Origin: an uncultured Gammaproteobacteria bacterium
Lineage (GTDB): Bacteria > Patescibacteriota > Microgenomatia > UBA8517
DNA: 64,000 nt
Assembly: GCA_964608405.1 (NCBI GenBank)
Contig: CAZSNC010000001.1
Span: 18,667-82,666 of the forward strand
Reading direction: 5' to 3'
Notes under the pieces: model-generated
Told to the model about the DNA's origin: nothing
The model's database searches: none
What the model saw: the letters and a program-made list of their open reading frames with translations, nothing else
Program-made: the position numbers and the translations under genes
Shown here: positions 36,113-46,824 of the stretch, piece after piece
Layout of the letters: each line of letters opens with the position of its first letter
How positions within the stretch are numbered: the stretch's first letter is position 1

Positions 36113-36589
36113 TTACCACTTAAAGTGTGCAAAAGCCCTGTTTGCTTCGGCAACCTTCTCCATGTCAAGTTTCTTTTTGACCGCACCTCCCTCACCTTTC
36201 GCAGCATCTTTCAATTCAGCTGCCAATTTAAGGGAAAAACTTTTAAAATCCGAGTTTGATCTAAGTCTTGTTGCCGCAACAATCCATCGTATCGCCAAGG
36301 ATTCCTTTCTGGGACCCCTCACTTGCATAGGAACCTGGTAGGCTGCTCCACCAATTCTTCTTGGTCTTACTTCCATTGAAGGCTTTACGTTTTCGATTGC
36401 CTGAGAAAAAACTTTAATCGGATCTTCTCCTTCCTCTTTTATCTGCTCCATAGCTTCATATACTTCTTTTTCAACCACGGATTTTTTACCGTCACGCATT
36501 GCACGGTTAATCAATTTTGAAACCAATCTATTTTTATAAATCGGATCCGCTTCAATTTTTCTGATTTTTGCTGCTCCTCTTCTTGGCAT
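36113..36589 (-). CDS. rpsG: 30S ribosomal protein S7
   Basis: 158 aa; MPRRGAAKIRKIEADPIYKNRLVSKLINR... Confidence 0.93.
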   Translation of the reverse strand: MPRRGAAKIRKIEADPIYKNRLVSKLINRAMRDGKKSVVEKEVYEAMEQIKEEGEDPIKVFSQAIENVKPSMEVRPRRIGGAAYQVPMQVRGPRKESLAIRWIVAATRLRSNSDFKSFSLKLAAELKDAAKGEGGAVKKKLDMEKVAEANRAFAHFKW

Positions 36590-36600
36590 ATTTTTATTAA

Positions 36601-37056
36601 TTATACTGCGGGCGTACTCGCTGCAGACTGCGCCACGGGAGTGACATTACCCGACTTTTTGGCTCCGTAACGACTGCGTGACTTTTTCCGTCCAACAACC
36701 CCACCCGTATCAAACTTTCCTCTGACAACCTGATATTTAACTCCCGGTAGATCTTTAACACGACCATATCGGATCATAACAATCGAATGCTCCGCCAGTT
36801 CGTGCCCTTCCCCCGGAATGTATGCTGTTACCTCCTGTTTGTTGGAAAGTCTGACTCTACATACTTTTCTGAGAGCCGAATTCGGTTTTTTCGGTGTCAT
36901 CGTCCTGACTTGCAAGACAACACCTCTTTTAAATGGTGACGGATTTTCCGAAAAACGTCTATCCTTGGCACTAAACCATTTTCGCAATGCACCTTTTTTG
37001 GATTTTTTAATAATCCTTTTTCTGCCTTTTCTAACTAATTGAGATATTGTTGGCAT
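36601..37056 (-). CDS. rpsL: 30S ribosomal protein S12 (with about 25-aa C-terminal extension)
   Basis: [13 protein letters not shown]...[11 protein letters not shown]...; extra tail ...[30 protein letters not shown]. Confidence 0.92.
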   Translation of the reverse strand: MPTISQLVRKGRKRIIKKSKKGALRKWFSAKDRRFSENPSPFKRGVVLQVRTMTPKKPNSALRKVCRVRLSNKQEVTAYIPGEGHELAEHSIVMIRYGRVKDLPGVKYQVVRGKFDTGGVVGRKKSRSRYGAKKSGNVTPVAQSAASTPAV

Positions 37057-37113
37057 AATAATTTAAATAATAAACTTCAGACAAACTTTGATTTTACCTA
37101 CAACTTCACTATT

Positions 37114-40100
37114 TTACAAGGAAATTCTGTCTGACATCACAGGAATCAGCCTTCCAATAATAACGTTTTCTTTGAGGCCCAATAAGTGATCCTCACTTCC
37201 CATAAGTGAAGCATTTGTCAATATATCAGTCGTTTGCTCAAACGAAGCGGCAGAAAGCCAGCTTTGTGTGTAAAGTGCCCTTCTCGTAATTCCAAGACGT
37301 ATTTGCTGTGCAGTTGCAGGCTCCCCTCCGGCAGAAAGTACTTTTTCATTCTCTTCTTCAAATGTCGTTTTCCCAGTAATCTCACCAGGAATAAGGAATG
37401 TGTCGCCCGAGGAGATAATTTTTACTTCATCACTCATTTTCTTGACTATCACTTCGAAATGTTTGTCATGTATATTAATCCCCTGGCTTTCATAAACTGC
37501 CTGAACCTCATTTACCAAATACTCCTGGGCGGATTTTAGTCCTCTTATCAAAAGAACCTCTTTTATATCAAGATATCCCAAAGCTAATGGGGAACCGGCT
37601 TCAATTAGTTGCTTGTCCTCAACGGCAAGTTTCAAGGTTTTGGGAACAATATACTCCCGTTCTTCTTTTGGTTTTGTCGAGGTCGAGATGACTTTGACTT
37701 TCCAACCTTCCTCAATTTCACCTAATACAACTTTTCCGGAAATTTCCGTCAGAGGCGAGAAGACTTTCGGTGTTCTTGCTTCAAACAACTCCTCAACACG
37801 TGGTAGTCCCTGCGTAACGTCAACACCAACGACTCCGCCAGAGTGTTTGGTCCTGAGAGTAAGTTGTGTACCCGGCTCCCCAATTGACTGGGCTGCAACA
37901 ACTCCCACCGGAACACCCATTTGTACCAACCCTTTCTTGGAAAGATCCCGTCCATAGCATTTTGCACAAATCCCATGCCTTTCACTACATGTGAGAGGAG
38001 ATCTGACAACTACTTCTTCAACCGCATTATCCTCAATAATTTTAATTTCTTTCTCCCCAATCATGCTGTCCGAGGCGACTAACACCTTACCTTTAGCATC
38101 AGTTACGTCACTTGCCAATATCCTACCAACAAGTCTCAATGTAAAAGACTTGGACCGTTCGGATCTTTTAATCAACAGCCCTTCCTTGGTTCCACAATCC
38201 TCAACCCTAACAATACAATCGTGCGAAACATCAACCAATCTTCTCGTAAGATATCCTGCATCGGCAGTCTTAAGAGCCGTATCGGTTAATCCTTTTCTTG
38301 AACCTCTGGATGATGTCAAATATTCAAATATTGAAAGACCTTCTCTGAAGTTTGATTTGATAGGCATCTCTACGATCTTGCCCAACGGGTCAACAACCAA
38401 ACCTCTAATAGCAGCCAACTGTTTTACCTGATCTCTTGACGTTCTTCCGACTTTAGCATCGATAACCGTTCTGATTGGATTGTCCGTATCAAGAAGTTCC
38501 CATGTCTTGTCGGTAAGTTCCTCCGTTGTCTCAATCCACACCTTCTGATTCAAATTCCTTTTCTCTTCCAAGGTAATTAACCCTTGTGCAAAGTTGGCAT
38601 CGTGTTCTGACACTCTTTTATCCGCCGCTGCAAGAATCTTTTGTTTGTCGGGGTGAACCTTCGCGTCAAAGATGCTGAAAGAAAATCCTGAAATTGTTCC
38701 ACCCGCAAAACCAAGGTCTTTAACTGCATCAATCATCTCTACAACTTTTTCCGTGTCGTTAGTCGCATAAGCCCGGGCAAACAATTGTTTAATCAAAGAC
38801 GATGTTATTGATTGGTTGATAAATTCATAACCGCTCGGCATAGCTTCGTTAAAAAGAATCCTCCCGACTGTTGTCTCAATAATTTCTCCCTCGATTCTGA
38901 CTTTTATTGTTTGCCTTAAATCAATTTTTTGAGATTGATAGGCAGTTATTGCATCCTCTTTGTCAGAAAAAACCGACTGTGATGTCTCCAGTTTCGAATC
39001 GATACTGGTTAAGAAATATACGCCAAGTGCTATCTCTTTACTTGACGGAGTTGATATCGGACTACCGTCGGCAGGTCTTAAAAGATTATTTTGCGGAAGC
39101 ATAAGTCTTTCAGCTTCTTCAATTGCTTTCTTTGAAAGAGGAACATGAACAGCCATTTGGTCGCCGTCAAAGTCTGCATTAAACCCGCTACATACCGCAG
39201 GATGAATTCTTATTGCATTTCCTTCAATCAAAACCGGATAAAAAGCCTGAATACCGAGTTTGTGAAGAGTAGGCGCCCTGTTTAAAAGTACGGGGTGTTT
39301 TTTGGTAATCTCCTCCAGTATATCAAAAACTTCCGGAGGTCTTTTCTCGAGCATGTTTTTAGCACTTTTTACGTTCGGCGCAATTCCCCTAAGAATCATT
39401 TCCTTCAAAACAAAGGGCTTAAACATTTCAAGTGCCATCTCTTTCGGCAAGCCACACTGATTAAGTTTTAATTCCGGACCGACAACTATTACCGATCTGC
39501 CTGAATAGTCAACCCTTTTACCAAGTAGGTTTTGCCTAAACCTTCCCTGCTTACCCTTAAGCATGTCTGAGAGGGATCTTAAAGGCTGTCTACCTCTTCC
39601 TCTTCTTGTTGCTTTCCGTTGTGAGGCATCAACCAAAGAATCGACTGACTCCTGGAGCATCCTCTTCTCATTACGTAAAATAATTTCCGGAGCTCCAAGG
39701 TTTATTAAGTGCTTTAATCTGTTGTTTCTATTAATTACTCTCCTGTACAAATCGTTAAGATCGCTTGTCGCAAATCTTCCCCCTGAAAGCTGGACCATCG
39801 GTCTAAGGTCAGGCGGAAGTACAGGAAGAACTTTCACAACCATAGAAGCAGGACTAATTTTTGCTCTCCTTAATCCGTCAATTAATTTGAGTCGTTTTGC
39901 TAATTTTACATATTTAGAAGCAGTGGTATTTTTAAGTTCGACCAATTCTTTTCTCAAGTTTGAGGCCAACTCTTCAACTTTTACTTCGGAAATAGCCGAA
40001 AGAATGGCATCGGCACCCATCTTCACTTCAAAAAAGTCTGTGGCATCGTACACCGCAAGTTGTTCGTACTCTTCTTCGGAAACAATTGACAGTTTTGTTA

Positions 40101-40827
40101 AATTTTTAACCAACCCAACCATTCCTTCAAAAAGTTCTTTTGTGTTTTGGAGAGTATTTTTTTCTTCCTTTGCCAGTGCTGCTTCTTTTTTCCTAAGATC
40201 AAGATCTATTTCGGATACTGCAAGTGATGATTGTTCTTTATTTTTAATCTTCTTTTCCGTTTTTTCCTTCTCTTCACCAGCTTTTTTCCCTAATTCAAGT
40301 TTTCTTTCCTCATAACTCTCCTTTAATTCTTTTTCTCTTACACTCCAGGCTTTTTCGATTCGGGAAATTGCCTCTTCTTTCTTTTTATTCTCGACATTCA
40401 AAACAAGATACCTGGCAAAATAAATTACCTGTTCGATAGCCCTCGGTGGAACATCTAAAAGTAGAGATAATCTCGAAGGAGCTCCTTTAAAATACCAAAC
40501 ATGAACAACAGGAGAAGCCAAGGTAATATGCCCCATTCTTTCCCTTCTCACTCTGGATTGGGTCACTTCAACACCACATTTGTCACAAATTACTCCTTTG
40601 TAGCGAATTCTTTTATATTTTCCACAATAACATTCCCAATCTTTTGTGGGTCCAAAAATTCTTTCATCAAAAAGACCGTCTTTTTCCGGTTTGAGAGTGC
40701 GGTAATTGATCGTCTCCGGTTTTGTTACCTCTCCATGAGACCACTTCCGAATGTCATCCGGAGAAGCCAGTTTAATGATTAACGACTTAAAATCACTTAA
40801 ATTGTTTAGCTCGTTTAATAAATCCAT
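37114..40827 (-). CDS. rpoC: DNA-directed RNA polymerase subunit beta'
   Basis: 1237 aa; zinc-binding CYCGKYKRIRYKGVICDKCGVEV, NADFDGD catalytic loop, bridge helix and trigger loop regions. Confidence 0.96.
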   Translation of the reverse strand: MDLLNELNNLSDFKSLIIKLASPDDIRKWSHGEVTKPETINYRTLKPEKDGLFDERIFGPTKDWECYCGKYKRIRYKGVICDKCGVEVTQSRVRRERMGHITLASPVVHVWYFKGAPSRLSLLLDVPPRAIEQVIYFARYLVLNVENKKKEEAISRIEKAWSVREKELKESYEERKLELGKKAGEEKEKTEKKIKNKEQSSLAVSEIDLDLRKKEAALAKEEKNTLQNTKELFEGMVGLVKNLTKLSIVSEEEYEQLAVYDATDFFEVKMGADAILSAISEVKVEELASNLRKELVELKNTTASKYVKLAKRLKLIDGLRRAKISPASMVVKVLPVLPPDLRPMVQLSGGRFATSDLNDLYRRVINRNNRLKHLINLGAPEIILRNEKRMLQESVDSLVDASQRKATRRGRGRQPLRSLSDMLKGKQGRFRQNLLGKRVDYSGRSVIVVGPELKLNQCGLPKEMALEMFKPFVLKEMILRGIAPNVKSAKNMLEKRPPEVFDILEEITKKHPVLLNRAPTLHKLGIQAFYPVLIEGNAIRIHPAVCSGFNADFDGDQMAVHVPLSKKAIEEAERLMLPQNNLLRPADGSPISTPSSKEIALGVYFLTSIDSKLETSQSVFSDKEDAITAYQSQKIDLRQTIKVRIEGEIIETTVGRILFNEAMPSGYEFINQSITSSLIKQLFARAYATNDTEKVVEMIDAVKDLGFAGGTISGFSFSIFDAKVHPDKQKILAAADKRVSEHDANFAQGLITLEEKRNLNQKVWIETTEELTDKTWELLDTDNPIRTVIDAKVGRTSRDQVKQLAAIRGLVVDPLGKIVEMPIKSNFREGLSIFEYLTSSRGSRKGLTDTALKTADAGYLTRRLVDVSHDCIVRVEDCGTKEGLLIKRSERSKSFTLRLVGRILASDVTDAKGKVLVASDSMIGEKEIKIIEDNAVEEVVVRSPLTCSERHGICAKCYGRDLSKKGLVQMGVPVGVVAAQSIGEPGTQLTLRTKHSGGVVGVDVTQGLPRVEELFEARTPKVFSPLTEISGKVVLGEIEEGWKVKVISTSTKPKEEREYIVPKTLKLAVEDKQLIEAGSPLALGYLDIKEVLLIRGLKSAQEYLVNEVQAVYESQGINIHDKHFEVIVKKMSDEVKIISSGDTFLIPGEITGKTTFEEENEKVLSAGGEPATAQQIRLGITRRALYTQSWLSAASFEQTTDILTNASLMGSEDHLLGLKENVIIGRLIPVMSDRISL

Positions 40828-40829
40828 AG

Positions 40830-43800
40830 TTACTTAATAACTTCTTCGACTTCCATTGGCCCAGCAGGGTTTAAAATCTCGTCCGTAGCCACAACTTCCG
40901 CTCCTGAGACTTCTGCCAATTCCTTCGCCTCAATGGTATCTTTTGATTCTTCTTCTTGTGTATTTATATACGTTCCTCCGATAGCGTCAATAGACAAACC
41001 CAAAGAGTTCAGTTCCCTTATTAAAACTTTAAAGCTCTCCGGAACAGTAGCCTCAGGAATGTCAACACCTTTTACTATCGATTCAAACGCACGTGCTCTA
41101 CCTGAAATATCGTCCGACTTTATTGTAAGCATTTCCTGAAGCGTATATGCCGCCTGGTGTGCTTCAAGCCCCCAAACTTCCATCTCTCCGAGCCTCTGGC
41201 CTCCCATTTGAGCTTTTCCTCCGAGAGGCTGTTGCGTGACCAAAGAGTACGGCCCGGTTGATCTCGCATGGGTTTTATCCTCAACCATGTGGGTTAGTTT
41301 CAAAATGTAGCCCAAACCAACTACTGTATCTTCCTTAAAGTACTCACCGGTTCGGCCGTTAATTAATCTTGTTTTTCCGGAGACCGGAAGTCCAGCCTTT
41401 TTCAATTCAACAAGAATCTGTTCTTCACCAATTTTGTCAAAAACCGGAAGGGCTCCTTTTTCACCAAATTTTTTCAAAGCCCATCCAAGGTGACATTCCA
41501 ACAGCTGTCCCAAGTTCATTCTTGCCAAAACCGAAAGGGGAGAAATAATAATATCGACAGGGGTACCATCTGGAAGGTATGGCATATCAGGAATCGGCAT
41601 TATTTTTGCGATTACCCCTTTGTTTCCATGCCTTCCTGCTACTTTATCTCCAACCGTAATTTTTCTCATCTGGGCGACTCTAACCAATACTCTTTTAATT
41701 ACGCCAGGCCCCAATTCATCACCTTTGTCACGATCCAAAATATTCACCCCAATAACAATACCCTTTTCTCCGTGAGGAACTTTCAAGGAAGTATCTCTTA
41801 CCTCTCTGGCTTTTTCGCCGAAGATTGCTCTCAAAAGTCTTTCTTCGGAAGTCAGTTCTGTCTCGCCTTTAGGTGCAATTTTTCCAACAAGAATGTCGCT
41901 TGGTCCAACTTCGGCTCCGACAACCACAATTCCATCGTCTGCCAAGTTTGCCAAATCAGTTTCAGATACATTAGGAATATCTCTGGTTAACTCTTCGGGG
42001 CCAAGTTTTGTATCAACCACATCGCATTCATATTCCTCAATATGAATGGACGTTAATAAGTCTTCCCTGACCAACTTTTCACTGACTAATACTGCATCTT
42101 CAAATCCATAACCTTCAAGAGGCATATAGGCAATAACCAAATTTCGTCCCAATGCCAATTCTCCCCCCTCGGTTGAAGGTCCGTCCGCCAAAATATCTCC
42201 CTTTGCCACTTTATCCCCCGGATTCACTCTGACATTTTGGTTGTAACAGGTGGAATGGGCAGTCCGTCTGAACTTTGATATATAGTAAACTTCTTTTCTT
42301 CCGTTATCGATAAGTTCCACATCCTCCGCCAGATCTAAGGAGTCAACTTTCTTGTCCAGCTTAATTATAATTTTTTCAGAATCGGCAAATTCAACCCTAC
42401 CTGAATGGATTGCAACAACACTCCTTTTCATACCTTTTGCAATATCCGCCTCCATTCCGGTTCCAATAACCGGCGATTCGGGATTAACAAGAGGGACCGC
42501 CTGACACTGCATATTGCTTCCCATCAAAGCACGATTGCCTTCATCGTGTGACAAAAAGGGGATAAGGGAAGCTGAGGTTCCGACAACCTGGCGGGGGGTC
42601 AAATCAACAAAGTCTACCAACTCGGATGGACCTTCGGATGCTACTCCATGAAACCTGAAAGGAACTCTTTTTTCGGTTATATATCCGTATCTGTCAAGTT
42701 CAACCCCTGCATGCGTAATATGAAATTGTTCCTCATCATCAGCCGTCATATAGACAATCTCGTCGGTAACTTTACATTTTGTCTTTCCGCCTTGTTTTAC
42801 TTTCTCAACTTTACGGTAAGGGGTTTCAATAAAACCAAATTGATTAACTTTCGCATATAATGCCAGGTAAGAAACAAGTCCGATATTCGGTCCTTCCGGA
42901 GTTCTGACAGGATCAATTCTCCCGTATTGTGAAGAGTTAACGTCTCTTATCGAAAAAGATGCCCTCTCACGATTAATTCCGCCAAGTCCCAAAACCGATA
43001 CTCTTCTTAAATTATCAAGCTCGGATAATGGATTTGTGTCATCAAGAATTGTGGAAAGTTGATTCGATCTGAAAAATTCGTTCAGTGATGCAATCAACGG
43101 TCTTGCGTTAATAAGAGTTGAAGGCACCGGTTTATCATCCGGAGATATAAGGCTCATTTTCTCTTTAACCGATCTTTCGAGCCTTAAAAGTCCGATTCTA
43201 AATGCATTGACCGCCACAAGTTCCCCAACTCTTCTAAGTCTTCGGTTGGCCAAATGGTCAATGTCATCAACTCTCCCAACGCCATTTTGTAATCCTATAA
43301 GGTATTTTATTGCTCCAATAATATCCGCTTTTGTAACAATTTGATTTTCTTTGACATTAGCCACATTAAGACCCAATCTTTTATTAATCTTGTATCTCCC
43401 CACACTACCGAGATCGTATCTTTTTGGATCAAGAAACAAAGAGGTGAACAAGTTTTCTGCATTTTCCAATAGAACTGGCTCACCAGGTCTTAGTTTCCTG
43501 TAAATTTCAAGATAAGCTTCATCTTTATTTTTCGAAGAATCTTTTGCGAATGTGGCTTTCAAATAATCATGGTGTGGATCCGTGTTTACCTCCTTAAACG
43601 TATTTATAATTTCTTCATCCGTGGAAAGTCCCATCGCTCTCAAAAATGCCGTTCCAATGACTTTCCTTCTACGATCAATTCTCGCAGCAATTACGTCGTT
43701 TTTCGATACTTCAAACTCAAGCCACGAACCCCGTAAAGGTCTCACTTCGGCCATGTAAAGCATTCTTCCCGTTGAGATATCAAGATTGCCCGAAAAATAA

Positions 43801-44213
43801 ACCCCTGGGCTTCTGACAATCTGATTGATTACCGCCCTTTCGATTCCGTTTATCACAAACGTCCCTCTTGAGGTCATTTGTGGTAAATCCCCCAAAAAAA
43901 CGTCCTGTGCCACTTCCTTACCGGTTCTCTTGTTGACAAGTACGGCGGTTATTTTAAGTGGTGCGGAATAGGTAAGCCCTTTGTCCTGGCAAACACGCGG
44001 GGATAATTTTGCAACACCGAGAGAGGGATTACCTAAGGTAATCCTCCAATTCTTTCCGGTAAAATCGTCTATGGGGGAAATATCGGCAAGTTCCTGAGCA
44101 ATTCCTTCTTTTAAAAACGTCTCCCATGATTCACGCTGCACTAAAGTAAGGTCCAGTTCAGGAATATTTTTTTCTTCTTTACTAAAGTTGCGTCGGGTTT
44201 TTTTAGAAGTCAT
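40830..44213 (-). CDS. rpoB: DNA-directed RNA polymerase subunit beta
   Basis: 1127 aa; rifampicin-cluster and catalytic regions; 2-bp gap to rpoC. Confidence 0.96.
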   Translation of the reverse strand: MTSKKTRRNFSKEEKNIPELDLTLVQRESWETFLKEGIAQELADISPIDDFTGKNWRITLGNPSLGVAKLSPRVCQDKGLTYSAPLKITAVLVNKRTGKEVAQDVFLGDLPQMTSRGTFVINGIERAVINQIVRSPGVYFSGNLDISTGRMLYMAEVRPLRGSWLEFEVSKNDVIAARIDRRRKVIGTAFLRAMGLSTDEEIINTFKEVNTDPHHDYLKATFAKDSSKNKDEAYLEIYRKLRPGEPVLLENAENLFTSLFLDPKRYDLGSVGRYKINKRLGLNVANVKENQIVTKADIIGAIKYLIGLQNGVGRVDDIDHLANRRLRRVGELVAVNAFRIGLLRLERSVKEKMSLISPDDKPVPSTLINARPLIASLNEFFRSNQLSTILDDTNPLSELDNLRRVSVLGLGGINRERASFSIRDVNSSQYGRIDPVRTPEGPNIGLVSYLALYAKVNQFGFIETPYRKVEKVKQGGKTKCKVTDEIVYMTADDEEQFHITHAGVELDRYGYITEKRVPFRFHGVASEGPSELVDFVDLTPRQVVGTSASLIPFLSHDEGNRALMGSNMQCQAVPLVNPESPVIGTGMEADIAKGMKRSVVAIHSGRVEFADSEKIIIKLDKKVDSLDLAEDVELIDNGRKEVYYISKFRRTAHSTCYNQNVRVNPGDKVAKGDILADGPSTEGGELALGRNLVIAYMPLEGYGFEDAVLVSEKLVREDLLTSIHIEEYECDVVDTKLGPEELTRDIPNVSETDLANLADDGIVVVGAEVGPSDILVGKIAPKGETELTSEERLLRAIFGEKAREVRDTSLKVPHGEKGIVIGVNILDRDKGDELGPGVIKRVLVRVAQMRKITVGDKVAGRHGNKGVIAKIMPIPDMPYLPDGTPVDIIISPLSVLARMNLGQLLECHLGWALKKFGEKGALPVFDKIGEEQILVELKKAGLPVSGKTRLINGRTGEYFKEDTVVGLGYILKLTHMVEDKTHARSTGPYSLVTQQPLGGKAQMGGQRLGEMEVWGLEAHQAAYTLQEMLTIKSDDISGRARAFESIVKGVDIPEATVPESFKVLIRELNSLGLSIDAIGGTYINTQEEESKDTIEAKELAEVSGAEVVATDEILNPAGPMEVEEVIK

Positions 44214-44368
44214 TTCTGGTTAATATATTGATAATATAAAAAAGTTGATTTTTAACCCAAAAATCCCCGAGAGACAATCTTGGGATAAAAAATCCAAGCG
44301 TACAATATTATACGCCTAGTACGGGTTTTTATCATATCCAAAAGCCCGTGTCAATACCTGAAAAGGTT

Positions 44369-45367
44369 TTAGTTATGCCCCAAGTATATTCTTACGTTAG
44401 AGAAATGTTCTTCGGAAGTCTTTGCGTAATGAATTTCGCCATCAGGTGAGTGTATGTAAAACCAATACTCAGAATCCTGGGGATTGGCTGCGGCTTTAAG
44501 CGATGCTATTCCGGGATTACATATTGGCAAGGGTGGTAAACCATTGTGTTTGTAGGTATTAAAGGGGGAATTTATACTCAAATCGTCTAAGGTTAAAATT
44601 GGCCACCAGTCTTCCCCACTTTTTAAGTTGGCAACAGCATACTGAACGCTGGCATCGACCTGAAGAGGCCATCCGTTTTCAATCCTCTTCCAAAGTATCC
44701 CGGCAACAATAGGTTTTTCAGAAGATGCCTTCGTTTCCCGCTCTAAAATAGAGGCCATGATAACTATTTCGCTTCTAGTGCGGTTTGTACCTTTAGGAAG
44801 AATAACTTCTCCTTCATACTTCTGGTTAAAGGTTGACTTGAGTTTATCGTATACGGCCTTTGCTCCAGCATTTCTCGGAAAAAGATAAGTATCAGGAAAA
44901 AGATACCCCTCGGAGTCTTTTGCAAGCATAAGGAATTGCTCCTTAAAGTCTCTGCCACTTTTTTCATCCATCTCAAGCGACAGGATTATTTTTTCAACAA
45001 CCTCTTCTTTTCTCAACCCTTCCGGAATGGTCACCCATAGTTCTTTCGGTCCCTTACCAAGCGCATTTACAATTTCGGAAACACTCATTGACGGAGAAAG
45101 TTCGAATTCTCCTGCATTGATATTTTTTGATTTGTCAAAAAACTGTACATACAGTTTAAAAACCAACCTGCTTCTGATTAAATTCCTTTTATACAAATCC
45201 TCACCAATTTGCGAGGCAGATTTTCCCTTGGTTACGATAAAACTTACCCGTTCGTTTGAACTTATCGATACTGGAGACATATTATTTTTAAACCAATAGC
45301 AGAAATAGGAAGCAAGGATGATAATGGCGACAAGCACTAATACCAAAACATAATAGGCCTTTTTCAT
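44369..45367 (-). CDS. mltG: endolytic murein transglycosylase MltG (YceG family)
   Basis: 332 aa; N-terminal TM anchor, then the YceG-like domain (…DTYLFP…, …LQVDASVQYA…, ...GLPPLPICNPG...). Confidence 0.8.
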   Translation of the reverse strand: MKKAYYVLVLVLVAIIILASYFCYWFKNNMSPVSISSNERVSFIVTKGKSASQIGEDLYKRNLIRSRLVFKLYVQFFDKSKNINAGEFELSPSMSVSEIVNALGKGPKELWVTIPEGLRKEEVVEKIILSLEMDEKSGRDFKEQFLMLAKDSEGYLFPDTYLFPRNAGAKAVYDKLKSTFNQKYEGEVILPKGTNRTRSEIVIMASILERETKASSEKPIVAGILWKRIENGWPLQVDASVQYAVANLKSGEDWWPILTLDDLSINSPFNTYKHNGLPPLPICNPGIASLKAAANPQDSEYWFYIHSPDGEIHYAKTSEEHFSNVRIYLGHN

Positions 45368-45430
45368 TGATATATTTTAACAAAAAATATTCCAGGATGT
45401 GGAGAAAGCAAAATACATAAAAAAATACGG

Positions 45431-45631
45431 TTAAACCTCTTCCAAAAGTGCCCTTCTGTATTTTTTACTGGATGGGGAATAAATAAAAATCCTTCCACAC
45501 GAGCAGGTCACTTTTTCATTACCTTTCTCGTGCTTTTCTCTCTTACCATCAGATAAAGGCTTACCACAACCAACGCACCTTCCTTGGAAAAGAAGCCACG
45601 CCTGAATCGGAGCAATAACATTTTTCAACAT
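45431..45631 (-). CDS. hypothetical small zinc-ribbon protein
   Basis: 66 aa with CVGCG...CSCG (C-x2-C / C-x-C) spacing. No family recognised; weak support. Confidence 0.35.
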   Translation of the reverse strand: MLKNVIAPIQAWLLFQGRCVGCGKPLSDGKREKHEKGNEKVTCSCGRIFIYSPSSKKYRRALLEEV

Positions 45632-45745
45632 AAAACTATGTTAAGTATATACACAAACACTTTGCCATTGCAAACTAAAAAAATGTTTCCTAAAGAAGAA
45701 ATAGTACTAAGAAGTTTCTTTGCCTGTTTAAATTATCTGCCTAAT

Positions 45746-46129
45746 TTAAATGTTGTCTAGATAATTTTGAAGAATAATTGTAGCTGAGTAAGCATCTTCC
45801 AAGGTTTTCCTCTTTTTCCTTTTTATACTGGCATTAATCGATAACTCCTGTGCAGTTTGGGTTGTTAACGTTTCATCCTGAAATTTTATCTCTGAGGAAA
45901 TTCTTTCTCCAAGTATTTTTGCAAACTCTTTTGTTTCTCCTCCCATTTCTCCTTCAGACATACCAACAACAACAACATCTGCCGATTCTGCTTTTACAAC
46001 CCTTTTGACTTTTTCCAAAGCATCTTCCTTTTTTTCAAACCTAATGACTTTTAAGGGTTCTGCAATCATTCCCTCGGAAATAGATAGCCCTATCTTTTTT
46101 CTTCCGTAATCAATCCCCAAATATTTCAT
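45746..46129 (-). CDS. ruvX: putative pre-16S rRNA nuclease / Holliday-junction resolvase-like RuvX (YqgF)
   Basis: 127 aa RNase H-like fold; MKYLGIDYGRKKIGLSISEG N-terminus typical of YqgF. Confidence 0.8.
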   Translation of the reverse strand: MKYLGIDYGRKKIGLSISEGMIAEPLKVIRFEKKEDALEKVKRVVKAESADVVVVGMSEGEMGGETKEFAKILGERISSEIKFQDETLTTQTAQELSINASIKRKKRKTLEDAYSATIILQNYLDNI

Positions 46130-46154
46130 AAAGATACCTACAAATTATACCTCA

Positions 46155-46814
46155 TCAAATCTGTGTTAACAGTGCTCTTACCACCAATCTTTTTGGTTTT
46201 AACGGATGCCCGGGTGGAACACAGGTAACAAGACTAAGGTATGAGTCGTTAACCCTCTGATCCAATATCTCCAGATTGTCCGGTTCCACCTCAAACATAT
46301 CCTTGACCCGATATTTATACACTACATCCCCAATATACACAAAAAATTCATCACCGGGGGTTAATTTCGGAATTGTCGAAAAGATTGTTAAATAGTTCTT
46401 TGCATTAAAAAATACCGGAAGTACTGAATGCCCGAAAATAACAGTGTTGCCGAGCCTGCCTGGCATAGCTGTTCCCGGGTATTGGATAAGCCCTTCCGAA
46501 AGATCCTCACCACCTTCATAAACCGTTGCTTTTTCTATCCCCAGTTTTGGAATGGACAGATAGTATTGGCCTGTACTTTTTTGCTCTGTACCAAATTCAT
46601 AACTTGCCGACCATTCTCTAATGTTTGAATAATCCCTTCCGATTGTAGATAAAATACCATAACGTTCATTTACGGTGATTGGGCTTAATAGTTTCGGAAA
46701 TCTTGTCCTGGAAGTAAGTTCATACTCAGCAATCGGATATACCGAAAAGATTATTATTAATATACCAAATACCGCCAAAATAACAGAGATTACGCGGTAT
46801 TTTGCTTTCACCAT
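46155..46814 (-). CDS. sortase family transpeptidase
   Basis: 219 aa; N-terminal TM anchor; conserved LIQYPGTAMPGRLGNTVIFGHS (catalytic His) and LSLVTC (TLxTC catalytic Cys) motifs; conserved Arg in ...KPKRLVVRA. Confidence 0.75.
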   Translation of the reverse strand: MVKAKYRVISVILAVFGILIIIFSVYPIAEYELTSRTRFPKLLSPITVNERYGILSTIGRDYSNIREWSASYEFGTEQKSTGQYYLSIPKLGIEKATVYEGGEDLSEGLIQYPGTAMPGRLGNTVIFGHSVLPVFFNAKNYLTIFSTIPKLTPGDEFFVYIGDVVYKYRVKDMFEVEPDNLEILDQRVNDSYLSLVTCVPPGHPLKPKRLVVRALLTQI

Positions 46815-46824
46815 TTTCTTGGAC

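Noticed and set aside
39563-40315. 250-aa plus-strand ORF (Ser/Phe-rich) and many other 60-170-aa plus-strand ORFs (e.g. 41490..41990, 53038..53490, 59152..59736, 62117..62593)
   Set aside because: All lie entirely antisense inside strongly supported minus-strand genes (rpoC, rpoB, ftsK, pnp, infB). Their low-complexity composition is the mirror image of the sense-strand codon bias, and they show no independent start or RBS context. They are spurious.
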